A DNA stretch of 64,000 nt from a virus: positions 39,841-103,840 of IMG/VR virus record IMGVR_UViG_3300005253_000017. One strand, 5' to 3'. The notes beneath the pieces are model-generated. The model was not told where the DNA came from and did not search any database. It was given only the letters and a program-made list of their open reading frames with translations. Below, in pieces: positions 48,652 to 57,548 of the stretch. The position numbers were made by a program, and so were the translations under genes. Within the stretch, counting starts at the first letter, position 1, and each line of letters starts with the position of its first letter.

Positions 48652-49164
48652 CTAGAACGCGGCTCTAGCGCCACGCCACCTCGCCTCAGCCAGGTTATGG
48701 CCAATGAACACCTGCGAACACTTACCGCCTGTCCCATCTGAATCGTACTGAACTTTCACATATCTGCCAACATTAGGACAAGTGATGACATAAATCGCGG
48801 CCTCGTTGATTGTCGAAATCTTGTTGGAACTGACGGTGATATCGCTAACGGTATCCTCAAACGCCAGAATTGCGTACAATTCGGTGTCTCGGGTATCCGA
48901 AACGATCTCAACCAGTCGCGTCCCATCGGAGACTACGGCAGTAATCTGTGTGCCGGAACCAGCCCCGAAGTCGCTCACATTCGAAGTCCAAACCTGAATG
49001 TTTGCCATATCGGACTGGGAGGGCACAGTATCAACATAAAGAACCAGCGTGCCATTATTTGCATTGCCAGTGTCCAGCTCCTGCAAGAACAGGTCGCTAC
49101 CAGTGGCACCCGTAGATTCACGCGCGCCGAGTGAAAACTTACTTACTGAAAGTATGCCCTTCAT
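48652..49164 (-). CDS. capsid decoration/cement protein
   Basis: Directly after MCP; RYVKVQY; 7 SD. Confidence 0.7.
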   Translation of the reverse strand: MKGILSVSKFSLGARESTGATGSDLFLQELDTGNANNGTLVLYVDTVPSQSDMANIQVWTSNVSDFGAGSGTQITAVVSDGTRLVEIVSDTRDTELYAILAFEDTVSDITVSSNKISTINEAAIYVITCPNVGRYVKVQYDSDGTGGKCSQVFIGHNLAEARWRGARAAF

Positions 49165-49178
49165 TCTCTACGCACCTC

Positions 49179-50285
49179 CTACGTGCTAATACCCTTGATA
49201 ACAACAAAGCCCTCGCCATGCTTGATCATTGATCCAACATGTTTTGTAAGTCGGAGCCCAATCTGATCAGTCGTGAAGTACACGTGTTCTGATGTCTTAA
49301 TACTGAAACCCTGTCCATCGCCGATTAAGAGTTCGCTCCAAATACCGCCCACAATATAGCTCTCCCCTGAGGAGGGGCGGTTGGTAACAGAAATCTTGGT
49401 GGTAGTCTTAAGGGGAGCGCCAAAGATGTTATCCAACTTGGCGACCCCGATGCCTGCAGACCCTGTAAGCAGATAGCGACCATTAGCATCTTTCAGCTGG
49501 TCAAGGTCGTTCTGGGTACGGGGGTGCATGACCCACCCGGTGATCTCATTAAACGCATTGAGGCGAACATTGTACATGGCATCCTTGATATTGTCTACGC
49601 CAACAGCGGCCGACAAATCAGTGGACAGCACTCTGGGCTGGTAATAAATGCCCAGCGGACGCTGCCCGCCAGGGCCTTCCAAGAACGCAAGGTCCTCTTC
49701 AAGCGCAAGCTCGCGGGCGAGTTCGTTACGAACTACGTCCTCCATGTTCACTCGTGCGTTTCGCAGAATCTCTGACGACATCTTATACAGACACACCATC
49801 TTTTTGAGTTCCAGGGTATCTCGCCCGAATCCCAATCCGGTATCTTCATTAATTGTTGAGGCTTCGCTTCCCCAACTAATCGCGGGACCTTCGGTGATCG
49901 AATTGAACTCGATCTTGTCAGTTCCCGTGACAGGCATAATTCCAACACCAGGCATGTTCCGTACGACCGCCTTATCCTTGAGCAATCCAATTACACTGGT
50001 GCTCAGAATGGGCGGAACGAACACGCCGCCGAGGTTACCAGCGTCCTGACCCAGGGCCTTGAAGAGCTTTTCCTCTTCAGGGGCCTGCTTCCAAACAAGG
50101 TCACCATAGATAACCCCGCCGATATACTTAATCAGCGAGAGGTTTTCCGCAGTTACTTGAATGTCCGCAGGATCAGTCGTGTCGCCACCGGACTTGCGCG
50201 TTTGTGTTTCCGTCTTCACAGTTGTTGCTTTGGCCAATCCCGACTTCGCAGCTTTGATAAGCTTATCTAGTTCGCTCTTCTTCAC
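49179..50285 (-). CDS. major capsid protein (HK97 fold)
   Basis: GGVFVP, A.WGSE, DLAFLEG.G..RPLGI, WVMHP, LKDANGRYL, IFGAP. Confidence 0.93.
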   Translation of the reverse strand: MKKSELDKLIKAAKSGLAKATTVKTETQTRKSGGDTTDPADIQVTAENLSLIKYIGGVIYGDLVWKQAPEEEKLFKALGQDAGNLGGVFVPPILSTSVIGLLKDKAVVRNMPGVGIMPVTGTDKIEFNSITEGPAISWGSEASTINEDTGLGFGRDTLELKKMVCLYKMSSEILRNARVNMEDVVRNELARELALEEDLAFLEGPGGQRPLGIYYQPRVLSTDLSAAVGVDNIKDAMYNVRLNAFNEITGWVMHPRTQNDLDQLKDANGRYLLTGSAGIGVAKLDNIFGAPLKTTTKISVTNRPSSGESYIVGGIWSELLIGDGQGFSIKTSEHVYFTTDQIGLRLTKHVGSMIKHGEGFVVIKGIST

Positions 50286-50302
50286 TGTTACGTCCTTCCT
50301 GA

Positions 50303-51457
50303 CTAACCTTCATTTACTTGCTCTTCCATTGCCTCTGCAACTAAACGTTCGGCTTCGTCATCGGGGATTTCTGGGTCATCCTCGGCAGCCTGTCGTGCAT
50401 CCAGTGCAGCAAGTACACCTTCGGTGACCTTCGGGATCAGGCTCTCAGTGATTTCACTGACGAGCTTGGCCGTGTCTACCGAGGGGGCAGTTGCCGGACT
50501 CTTGGCAGGCTCCTCCGTCGTTTGCGTCTGGTTCCCCTCCGAAGTATTTTCTACGGCAGGTTCAGTTTCGTCAGACATTTTATCAACCTCTATCTCTATA
50601 GGTTCTACTTCCTCGGTTTCCGAGGCAAGTTTGATAACTGCTACCATGGCATCCTTCGCATCCTGCGGCAGGTCGTCCATGTACAAATTGATAGTCTCGG
50701 CGTGCTCGGCCAGTCCCTTGGCGAGATCGCCGTCCATCTCAGGGTCAGCCTCAATACCAAGCAGGGTGCTCAGTATCTCCAGGTCATGTTGTTCCGCCTT
50801 TGTCACTCGTTGTGCTCCCTCCAACATCTTCCGGGCCTGTGCCTGCAAACTCTTTTTCTTAGTGGCCGGGATATTCTCCTGAGATATCTTGGCAATCGCG
50901 TCCCTCAAATGGGGTAGGTCAATATTGCCTTCTGCATTCCTCACAGGGAAGTGTCTTAAAGACCGAGGCAAAGTCTTGCCCTCGCCGTCAACCTTGCCGC
51001 CCTTCTCGACATACAGGAACGAGCCATCCGGCAGGTCGTTGACAAACTTGGCAGTCCATTCGGTCTTACCCAGCTTCTTGGGGTCGTTCTTGGCTAGCCT
51101 ATGGACTGTGGAATTCTTAAATCCCCCGTTAGAGGTCCCCTTGTTCTCCGTCACGTACTCACAAACAACTGATACATGCTCGGTCCCAATCGGCCAGTAG
51201 CTCACGTGGAACGATTGAGGGTCGGTCACCTTCTTGCCGTTGACCTTCAGCATGGTGGTCTCCGGCGTGCCCTTGCTCTGGAAGTCAATCGTTAGCTCAA
51301 AGTCCGCCTTGTCTAGTTCCACCGGCATCCCGTCGGCATTTTTGTAGAATAGGAAGGGAGTCAGGTTGGCGGGACGGTCTACAAATGAAACCTCATCAAT
51401 CACAAGGTCTCGAAGTCGCCGCCTTCGTTTTCGTCTCTCGTTTGTCATGCGTGCCAT
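50303..51457 (-). CDS. capsid scaffold with protease-tail motif and DUF6582-like domain
   Basis: LRDLVIDEVSFVDRPAN; NDLPDGSF..RHFP..DLPHLRDA; acidic low-complexity C-term. Confidence 0.75.
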   Translation of the reverse strand: MARMTNERRKRRRRLRDLVIDEVSFVDRPANLTPFLFYKNADGMPVELDKADFELTIDFQSKGTPETTMLKVNGKKVTDPQSFHVSYWPIGTEHVSVVCEYVTENKGTSNGGFKNSTVHRLAKNDPKKLGKTEWTAKFVNDLPDGSFLYVEKGGKVDGEGKTLPRSLRHFPVRNAEGNIDLPHLRDAIAKISQENIPATKKKSLQAQARKMLEGAQRVTKAEQHDLEILSTLLGIEADPEMDGDLAKGLAEHAETINLYMDDLPQDAKDAMVAVIKLASETEEVEPIEIEVDKMSDETEPAVENTSEGNQTQTTEEPAKSPATAPSVDTAKLVSEITESLIPKVTEGVLAALDARQAAEDDPEIPDDEAERLVAEAMEEQVNEG

Positions 51458-51640
51458 AGTCTTGTCCAGATATTGTTCCCCTCACGCCTATGGCACGCGC
51501 CCGGTGGGGAACCGGGGCGTCCGCCAAAAAGGGAACTAACTTCTATCCGAACATTCAAAAACAAAGTCGAACTGGGGTAAATATTTAGGGTAATCTTTAC
51601 AGGGTATGGCTATTAAGGACAAAAATATTTCATTTTTCTC

Positions 51641-51669
51641 TTGCTCTTTGTATCCAAAAAGGGTATAAT
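51641..51669 (+). promoter_or_regulatory. sigma70-type promoter of HNH gene
   Basis: TTGCTC-17bp-TATAAT, then GGAGG RBS. Confidence 0.7.
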
Positions 51670-51687
51670 GATACCGGAGGCTTAAAA

Positions 51688-52281
51688 ATGGCGATATTTT
51701 GCATATCATGTGGGGCTGCTCTCAAAACGAAGAAAGCCAATCAGGTTTACTGCTCTTGTCGATGTCGGCCAAAAGGCTACCGTCTCGACGGACAGAGGAT
51801 AGAGCGAGTATGGACACAATCCGCTGAAACCAAGCGAAAGATTAGCATTTCCCTAAAGCGACGTTTCGCAACAACATGGCGAAAGGAAAATCCAAGGCCC
51901 TGGAATATCGAGGGAGAATATCCGGAAAACTGGAGTCTAATAGCCAGAGTCATCCGCAAACGGGACAAATACAAATGTCAGCTTTGCGGAAGGGCAAATA
52001 GCCACCATGTTCATCACATCAATGAGATCAAAACCGACAACTACCCAGAAAACCTTATCACCCTCTGTAAGATTTGCCATCTTACTAGATGTCATCGACA
52101 CGCCCACACAAAATGGACCATAGAAAAGACGACAAAAGAATGGGTCCGCCTCTGGAGTCGAAACCGGAACCGCTGGATAAGCCATTTCAGGATACTCATG
52201 TGGCAGCCAGAGATGAGGATTCTCAACGAGGCAGCAGACGAGGAGCTTACCTCTTTACAAACAAAGGACTTACAGGGATAA
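51688..52281 (+). CDS. HNH endonuclease
   Basis: RDKYKCQLCG, HVHHI, N.PENLITLCKICH. Confidence 0.88.
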   Translation: MAIFCISCGAALKTKKANQVYCSCRCRPKGYRLDGQRIERVWTQSAETKRKISISLKRRFATTWRKENPRPWNIEGEYPENWSLIARVIRKRDKYKCQLCGRANSHHVHHINEIKTDNYPENLITLCKICHLTRCHRHAHTKWTIEKTTKEWVRLWSRNRNRWISHFRILMWQPEMRILNEAADEELTSLQTKDLQG

Positions 52282-52362
52282 AAAAATACTTCGTTTTTTC
52301 TTATTTTAGGGTTTACTTTTGGGATGGGGAACGTATAATGATAGTAGAGTGAAAATCGAATA
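52248..52362 (+). promoter_or_regulatory. early promoter copy 2
   Basis: TTTACT 52312-17, 16 bp, TATAAT 52334-39; shares AACGTATAATGATAGTAGAGTGAAAATCGAATA with copy 1. Confidence 0.8.
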
Positions 52363-52386
52363 GCCTACTTTTGAAGGAGACAAGAA

Positions 52387-52641
52387 ATGGCAGACCTCAT
52401 CGACGGACAGTATTGCTTTTACGTTGACGAGACGATGTTCGTAGAAGGTAAGGGCTTTCGCCCAAGCATCATCGTTAAAGGTCAGCAGGGACACTTCCCC
52501 AACGTCGGCGCCGGTGTCAAGCCTTGGTATTGGGGAGAGGATATCAAGACTGCGAGAGCAATCACTGCTGGACGCAACAAACGATTAGGCCTCTCTCAAG
52601 CTGACGTTAACAAGCTCGTAGCAGAGTCCATGAGAACGTAA
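52387..52641 (+). CDS. early hypothetical protein
   Basis: AAGGAGACAAG RBS. Confidence 0.7.
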   Translation: MADLIDGQYCFYVDETMFVEGKGFRPSIIVKGQQGHFPNVGAGVKPWYWGEDIKTARAITAGRNKRLGLSQADVNKLVAESMRT

Positions 52642-52735
52642 GCCGAAACCGGCCCACTCAGTAGTGGCGGTAGGAGTGTAAGTTGCGGGCCGGTCGTCGG
52701 AGGTTCGGTTCCTCCGGCTTGACGAGGCAGCCGAA
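52642..52735 (+). ncRNA. type II hammerhead ribozyme
   Basis: GCC-GAAA-stem III CCGGCCC/GGGCCGG-UC, stem I GTCGGAGG/CCTCCGGC, core UUGACGA, GGC, loop I/3' tail pseudoknot. Confidence 0.85.
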
Positions 52736-52755
52736 AACAGAAGAAGGAGACGATC

Positions 52756-53283
52756 ATGGGCGTCAGTACTCATATAACATTGCCAGCACAGGTGAGGGTA
52801 GGCGATGTCGCCAAGGTCATTGGCGCGTGCGTCGGGCTGAAGAAAAAGTGGCACGACCTTGGTAGAGGGCATAAATCGGTGGATGTCGTAGGCATCAAGG
52901 TCCTAAATACCTCTGTGCACAGCATGGTCAGAATCGTCTGGCAGAATGGGAAGGGCAATTCCCATCTAAAGTCCGGCGACTTGTATTATCATTTTGAGAC
53001 CGGCGACGAACGAAGCGGAAGGCTGCTCAGTTGTTCCTCCTGGGCACCATGGATCGCCCTAGGACGCAGGCTAGTAGACTTCTTCGGCGGGTCCATCGAC
53101 TACAACGACTGCGACTCAACCGATATTGACTATCAACAGAGGTGGAAAATCTGCCTCTGTCTTGCCGACGATGATGAAGAGTGGGATGACCTCCAAGAAC
53201 GTATCATGAAAGTCAAGCCCATCACTGAGGCTGAAATCCTTGCAGCTGACAGGGACGCTTCATATCCCTTAGAATCCAGATAG
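52756..53283 (+). CDS. early hypothetical protein
   Basis: AAGGAGAC RBS. Confidence 0.7.
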   Translation: MGVSTHITLPAQVRVGDVAKVIGACVGLKKKWHDLGRGHKSVDVVGIKVLNTSVHSMVRIVWQNGKGNSHLKSGDLYYHFETGDERSGRLLSCSSWAPWIALGRRLVDFFGGSIDYNDCDSTDIDYQQRWKICLCLADDDEEWDDLQERIMKVKPITEAEILAADRDASYPLESR

Positions 53284-53292
53284 GAGACAACC

Positions 53293-53466
53293 ATGGAAAT
53301 GTCACGAGCAGAACTATTCCGTACTGTACTCAAAGGCCGAAAGGCCCAAGAAATCGTAATGATGCTGATGTTCGGCAGGGTGGATTATGGTTCCGCCTTA
53401 TCCCTCTTGACCGACCATGAACTTTTCAAGGCAGTCAAGGCGTGTCAGAAGAATGGGTTGATATGA
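53293..53466 (+). CDS. early hypothetical protein (57 aa, not in ORF track)
   Basis: TAGGAGACAACC-ATG, MEMSRAELF..., ATGA coupling. Confidence 0.6.
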   Translation: MEMSRAELFRTVLKGRKAQEIVMMLMFGRVDYGSALSLLTDHELFKAVKACQKNGLI

Positions 53467-53705
53467 AACGCCTCAAGCCAGAACCCCGCAACAGGCGGCT
53501 CCCCGGCACCTCACTGGTAGTCCGCGTGTTGAATACCGAGGAAGTCAACCGAATCATCAGGGAGCTGAAAAAGGCAAAGAAACTGACCCTCCATAGGGGA
53601 GGCAACTCCCACGTCACGATACACGACGCCAAGGACCCCGAGGTCAAGTGTATAATAATGGTGGACCTGACCCAAGAGGCACTGGGCAGGCATGTGAAGG
53701 ACTAG
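53463..53705 (+). CDS. early hypothetical protein
   Basis: ATGA coupling. Confidence 0.55.
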   Translation: MKRLKPEPRNRRLPGTSLVVRVLNTEEVNRIIRELKKAKKLTLHRGGNSHVTIHDAKDPEVKCIIMVDLTQEALGRHVKD

Positions 53706-53719
53706 GAAAGGAACAAATC

Positions 53720-53986
53720 ATGATAGCACTAGACATCTCTACCGCCGTAGAAATTCTTTCAGCAGTTTACTGCTCTGGCGACCCTATCTGGTGGCGAGGG
53801 AAAGAAACTGATCCGGCCGAGCTAGAACACCAAGTCGAGAATGCGTATAACCTCCTCGACAAACCCGAACCCATGGCACACTCCGTCCGTATCATCTATT
53901 ACGGAGGAACTGCCAACGGGTATGGCATTCGCAAGATTAAGGGTACGCTCGCGGGAATGGTCCGCGACCGACTAATGATTAAATAA
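53720..53986 (+). CDS. early hypothetical protein
   Basis: AAGGA RBS. Confidence 0.55.
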   Translation: MIALDISTAVEILSAVYCSGDPIWWRGKETDPAELEHQVENAYNLLDKPEPMAHSVRIIYYGGTANGYGIRKIKGTLAGMVRDRLMIK

Positions 53987-54004
53987 CCCAAAAAGGAGCA
54001 AGAT

Positions 54005-54394
54005 ATGTCATTCATTCGCTGTCTATCAAACCCCGAGTCACTTTACGTGTATCACAACGTATATGGTTTCATCAACTGGATAATGACGCTACCTAACGGG
54101 GAGAGGTTCCAGATGAATATCCCGCCCCGCACTTTCTATGGGCTGGTCCGAAAATATGTTCGAGAATACTTCACGCTTCCAGTGAAGTGGGGCAAGATGT
54201 CAATAGACGAGGTATGGACATCTCAAAAGACCGGGAAGATGCTTGGTGAGCTGAACAGCACTGAGTCACGCCTTCAAGGCGAAGCGGACCTGAAGATTCG
54301 CGTTTGCTACGAGGACCAAGAATGTTTCCTCTGGGATGTAACTTGGGACACAGTCGTATATGGCGTTGCACATACACTGGGACTGTGTGTATGA
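54005..54394 (+). CDS. early hypothetical protein
   Basis: AAGGAG RBS. Confidence 0.6.
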   Translation: MSFIRCLSNPESLYVYHNVYGFINWIMTLPNGERFQMNIPPRTFYGLVRKYVREYFTLPVKWGKMSIDEVWTSQKTGKMLGELNSTESRLQGEADLKIRVCYEDQECFLWDVTWDTVVYGVAHTLGLCV

Positions 54395-54645
54395 AAAAGA
54401 AGAAAAGGAGAATGACCATGGCAGACTACCAAGCAGAATTGAGAGCACAGCGAAAATTTCGGAACGATGCGATGAAAGAGGCAAAGAGGCTCGACGTCAA
54501 AATTGACAAACTCAAGGCGGACAGAATCGCGTTATTAGCAGTAGCCGTTCGTGCCCGCGAATGTCTTATAAACACTTTCTACAGAGATGCCGGAGTGGTC
54601 CACCAGCTCAATGAAACCATTGCACAGGCAGAAAAAGGAGAATGA
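54391..54645 (+). CDS. coiled-coil hypothetical protein
   Basis: ATGA coupling. Confidence 0.55.
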   Translation: MKKKKRRMTMADYQAELRAQRKFRNDAMKEAKRLDVKIDKLKADRIALLAVAVRARECLINTFYRDAGVVHQLNETIAQAEKGE

Positions 54646-54646
54646 A

Positions 54647-54826
54647 ATGACCCTCAAAGAAAAACTCCGCAAGCGCCTCCAAAGGCTCCAAAAAAGAAGC
54701 TACGAGGTATTGCATTCGCTCCACGAAGAAGATTGGGCGGGAGTCTCTACCGACCTCTCCAATGCCAAAGAGGAAATAGAAGAAGCCTTTAACTGCCTAA
54801 TGCATCTGTACAACCCGGACGAATAG
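54647..54826 (+). CDS. helical hypothetical protein
   Basis: AAGGAG RBS. Confidence 0.5.
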   Translation: MTLKEKLRKRLQRLQKRSYEVLHSLHEEDWAGVSTDLSNAKEEIEEAFNCLMHLYNPDE

Positions 54827-54829
54827 CAA

Positions 54830-55912
54830 TCACACAAACTTTATCGGTTTACTTGCCGTCGCCATCAGGTGAGAATCTCGGTCGAGCCTGTCCGCCTCTT
54901 TGGGGACGTCCAGCTCGCGTAGCCGTTCATTCAGCTTCGGGTGGAACCATGCGATTCTGCTGGCCTGGAGAGGCTTAATCCCCGTCGCCAGCCCGCTCCC
55001 GTCCACGTCGTGGGAGAACCGGTCGTCGCCGTTCCCGTCCACGTCGAGGCAGTTGGTGTAGGTCTTCGCCAGGCCCGCCATGATCTCATCGGTCACAAGC
55101 TTGATCCCGGCCCGCCAGCACTCGATGAGGAACTCCATCGTCACGACCATGTGCGTCGTGTCCTCGATGGGCGTGGGAACAGGATTCTTGTCGGCGGTGT
55201 ACTGCTCGTGGTTGACCCGCTCGGACGGGGAGTAGTTCCATTCCAAGTGGTCATCTACCCGCTTCATGCGGCGGATGGTGAAGCGGGCCAGGCGGGTAGC
55301 CCGGTCGCGGTGGGGTATGCTGCCTGTCGCCAGAGAGAGGAACAGGTACGCCCGGGCCAACGCTGCCATGACGTTGATCGGCATGGGGTAGTCGGGTTGA
55401 TGATGAGCGCCGATATGAGCCTCGCCATCCGCAGGCCCGACAATAAAGTGCTCATCCCACAAATCAAGCGCCTCAGCAGATGACTTGATACACCGATTGA
55501 CAATGCTCTTCCGCGTAGCGTAGAGGTCCGAGACCGACTTCACGAGATAGGCGAACTTGAGCAACGCGCCTGTGATGTGCCCGGTGTCGTTGACGTATGT
55601 CTGAGGCGGGACTGTTCTCCCGCCCGACGCCCAGATGGAGTACCAACCGGGGACCACCGCGCCGAAGCCCGCATCGATCATCCCCCACTTGTCCGAGCGG
55701 TTCGCAAGAATCGCCTCGACGTAGCCCTGGGCGCGAATCAGGTACTTGACCTCGCCGGTGGCCTCGTACGCCACCAGGAGCGTCCGCAGGGGCCGTATCT
55801 GCCACGCGAGATCGTGACCATCACGCTGGAATAGCCCCTCGAACAGATACGGGGCGAACATCAGCCTATCGTAACTAGCCTTTGCAATGTCAAATTGCTC
55901 TTGTAACATCAT
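54830..55912 (-). CDS. alpha/alpha-toroid (six-hairpin glycosidase/epimerase-like) protein
   Basis: AYEATGEVKYL.RA, LATG..HRDRA, W.Y, ED.TH motifs. Confidence 0.55.
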   Translation of the reverse strand: MMLQEQFDIAKASYDRLMFAPYLFEGLFQRDGHDLAWQIRPLRTLLVAYEATGEVKYLIRAQGYVEAILANRSDKWGMIDAGFGAVVPGWYSIWASGGRTVPPQTYVNDTGHITGALLKFAYLVKSVSDLYATRKSIVNRCIKSSAEALDLWDEHFIVGPADGEAHIGAHHQPDYPMPINVMAALARAYLFLSLATGSIPHRDRATRLARFTIRRMKRVDDHLEWNYSPSERVNHEQYTADKNPVPTPIEDTTHMVVTMEFLIECWRAGIKLVTDEIMAGLAKTYTNCLDVDGNGDDRFSHDVDGSGLATGIKPLQASRIAWFHPKLNERLRELDVPKEADRLDRDSHLMATASKPIKFV

Positions 55913-55927
55913 TCTATCCTTTCACTA

Positions 55928-56533
55928 TTACAGACCTTCCAAGTATCCATTTAACATGAGCCTACTGACAAACACGAAATGTCCGGCAATAGGCGGGCTC
56001 ATCGCCCGCACCATGCCGATTAATTCATAATTTTCATTGTATACACCGCCGCCTGAGGAGCCGAAATGAACATGATTGGTCAATATCCCCATGCCCCACA
56101 TCTCTCCTCCCATTATCCCGTTCGACAGGAAGAACCTATTGCCAGGATAGCCTGACACCCACAGGGGATTGCCAAGACTGGGGAGACTGTTGCCCACCTT
56201 AACAGAGCGGAACTGACAGTCGTTCATTATCACCCGAACAATGGCAATATCCTCCCCGGAGTCGGTGAGCACGACTTCCCCTAACAGCATTTGGTGATCG
56301 GTTATCGCCCCTATGTGGTGACGATTGTAAAAGGTGATATTAACATACTCATTATCCAGTACCACGTGCTGGGCCGTCAGGATATACACCTCGTCCAGCG
56401 GGCCTTGGTTCACCCTCACAATCGTCCCCGAACCCTTGTCGTCTATCAACACGGTAGACTGGGCTATGTCCACAAAAGAATTCCCACACCCAATTAGTAG
56501 GACTGGGAACAGCAGAAACAAAAACTTTTTCAT
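55928..56533 (-). CDS. trypsin-like serine protease, lipoprotein
   Basis: Lipobox LIGC; ILTAQHV, DIAIV, GSSGGG. Confidence 0.88.
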   Translation of the reverse strand: MKKFLFLLFPVLLIGCGNSFVDIAQSTVLIDDKGSGTIVRVNQGPLDEVYILTAQHVVLDNEYVNITFYNRHHIGAITDHQMLLGEVVLTDSGEDIAIVRVIMNDCQFRSVKVGNSLPSLGNPLWVSGYPGNRFFLSNGIMGGEMWGMGILTNHVHFGSSGGGVYNENYELIGMVRAMSPPIAGHFVFVSRLMLNGYLEGL

Positions 56534-57382
56534 CCACCATCAACTCCCCCCTCAAATCTAATATTCAACTCCGGCGTACTGGGGAGGTCTGCCATACATA
56601 TTCGTCCCTTGCCAAAACAATCGGGGCAGACGTCACCCAAAATGCAGTCTCTTCTTTCGGTGGATGTTGGATTCTCAATCAATTTCACGCCAAGTCCATC
56701 ACAGATTGGACATTTTTTTGTTTGTTTTTCACTCATCATATAAACACACATCCATCTCCAGAGCATTCTTCTCTATCAACTCTCCGATAGCCTTAGCGAT
56801 TTCCTCTGTCTCACAGGTGAACCTGACATACCCATATACGTCATGAATATCTACGTGGCTCCCCTCAATTTCCGCAAATAGCATTTCGCTCATCCATTGG
56901 TTAAATCCCATTTTGCTGCCCTTGCGGCATCAACGGCAGCTTCAAGTTTAAGTAATTCCTCACTGTCTAATTCATCGTCGTCGTAGTTATACCGTTCAAA
57001 TTCGTACTCGTACCACCCAAGTAAAGATTCAAGGGCGGATATAATATTGCGTAATCGTTCAATCTTAGTCATCTTGATTAACCCAAGATGCTGGTCTTCC
57101 GTATCCATCAACTTCTTCTTCCCAAAAACCTGACTCCATCGTCGGTTCATAAAGATCACAGACGAAACTGGGATTGATCAAAGGAAACACGTCGCACTCT
57201 TTTCCGCTTTCATCATCATACCAAATTCTCCTCCAAGGATGGAGACAGCCTGGAGGATAAGGGTCCTCTTCATGCGGATCATAACAGAAAGATTTGCAGG
57301 AACGACAGTGTGATGAACCTCTTCTGTAATTGGTAGTCCGCCTTATGGATTTCTTTGCAGATTGAAATGTTTTCTTAGGCAT
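56530..57382 (-). CDS. run of four small hypothetical genes (56530-56766, 56729-56911, 56890-57159, 57065-57382)
   Basis: Overlapping - strand ORFs, two Cys-rich; starts uncertain. Confidence 0.45.
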
Positions 57383-57548
57383 TCTTCAAACCCATCTTCT
57401 TCTATATATAGTCCCTCGTCCATCACATTTATCACAAGGACCCAATCCAACAGAACGCCCGTTAATTTTGGAAAGTTTCATGACTCCCGAACCTGGGGGG
57501 TCACAATCCAAACACTCCACAATCTCACCCAGTACCTTTTCTCTCTTA

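Noticed and set aside
28139-49164. SD enrichment as a DNA-level repeat or methylation site
   Set aside because: Encoded by AGCGAC, TCCGAT, TCGGAT, AGCGAT, TCAGAT etc., with no common DNA word
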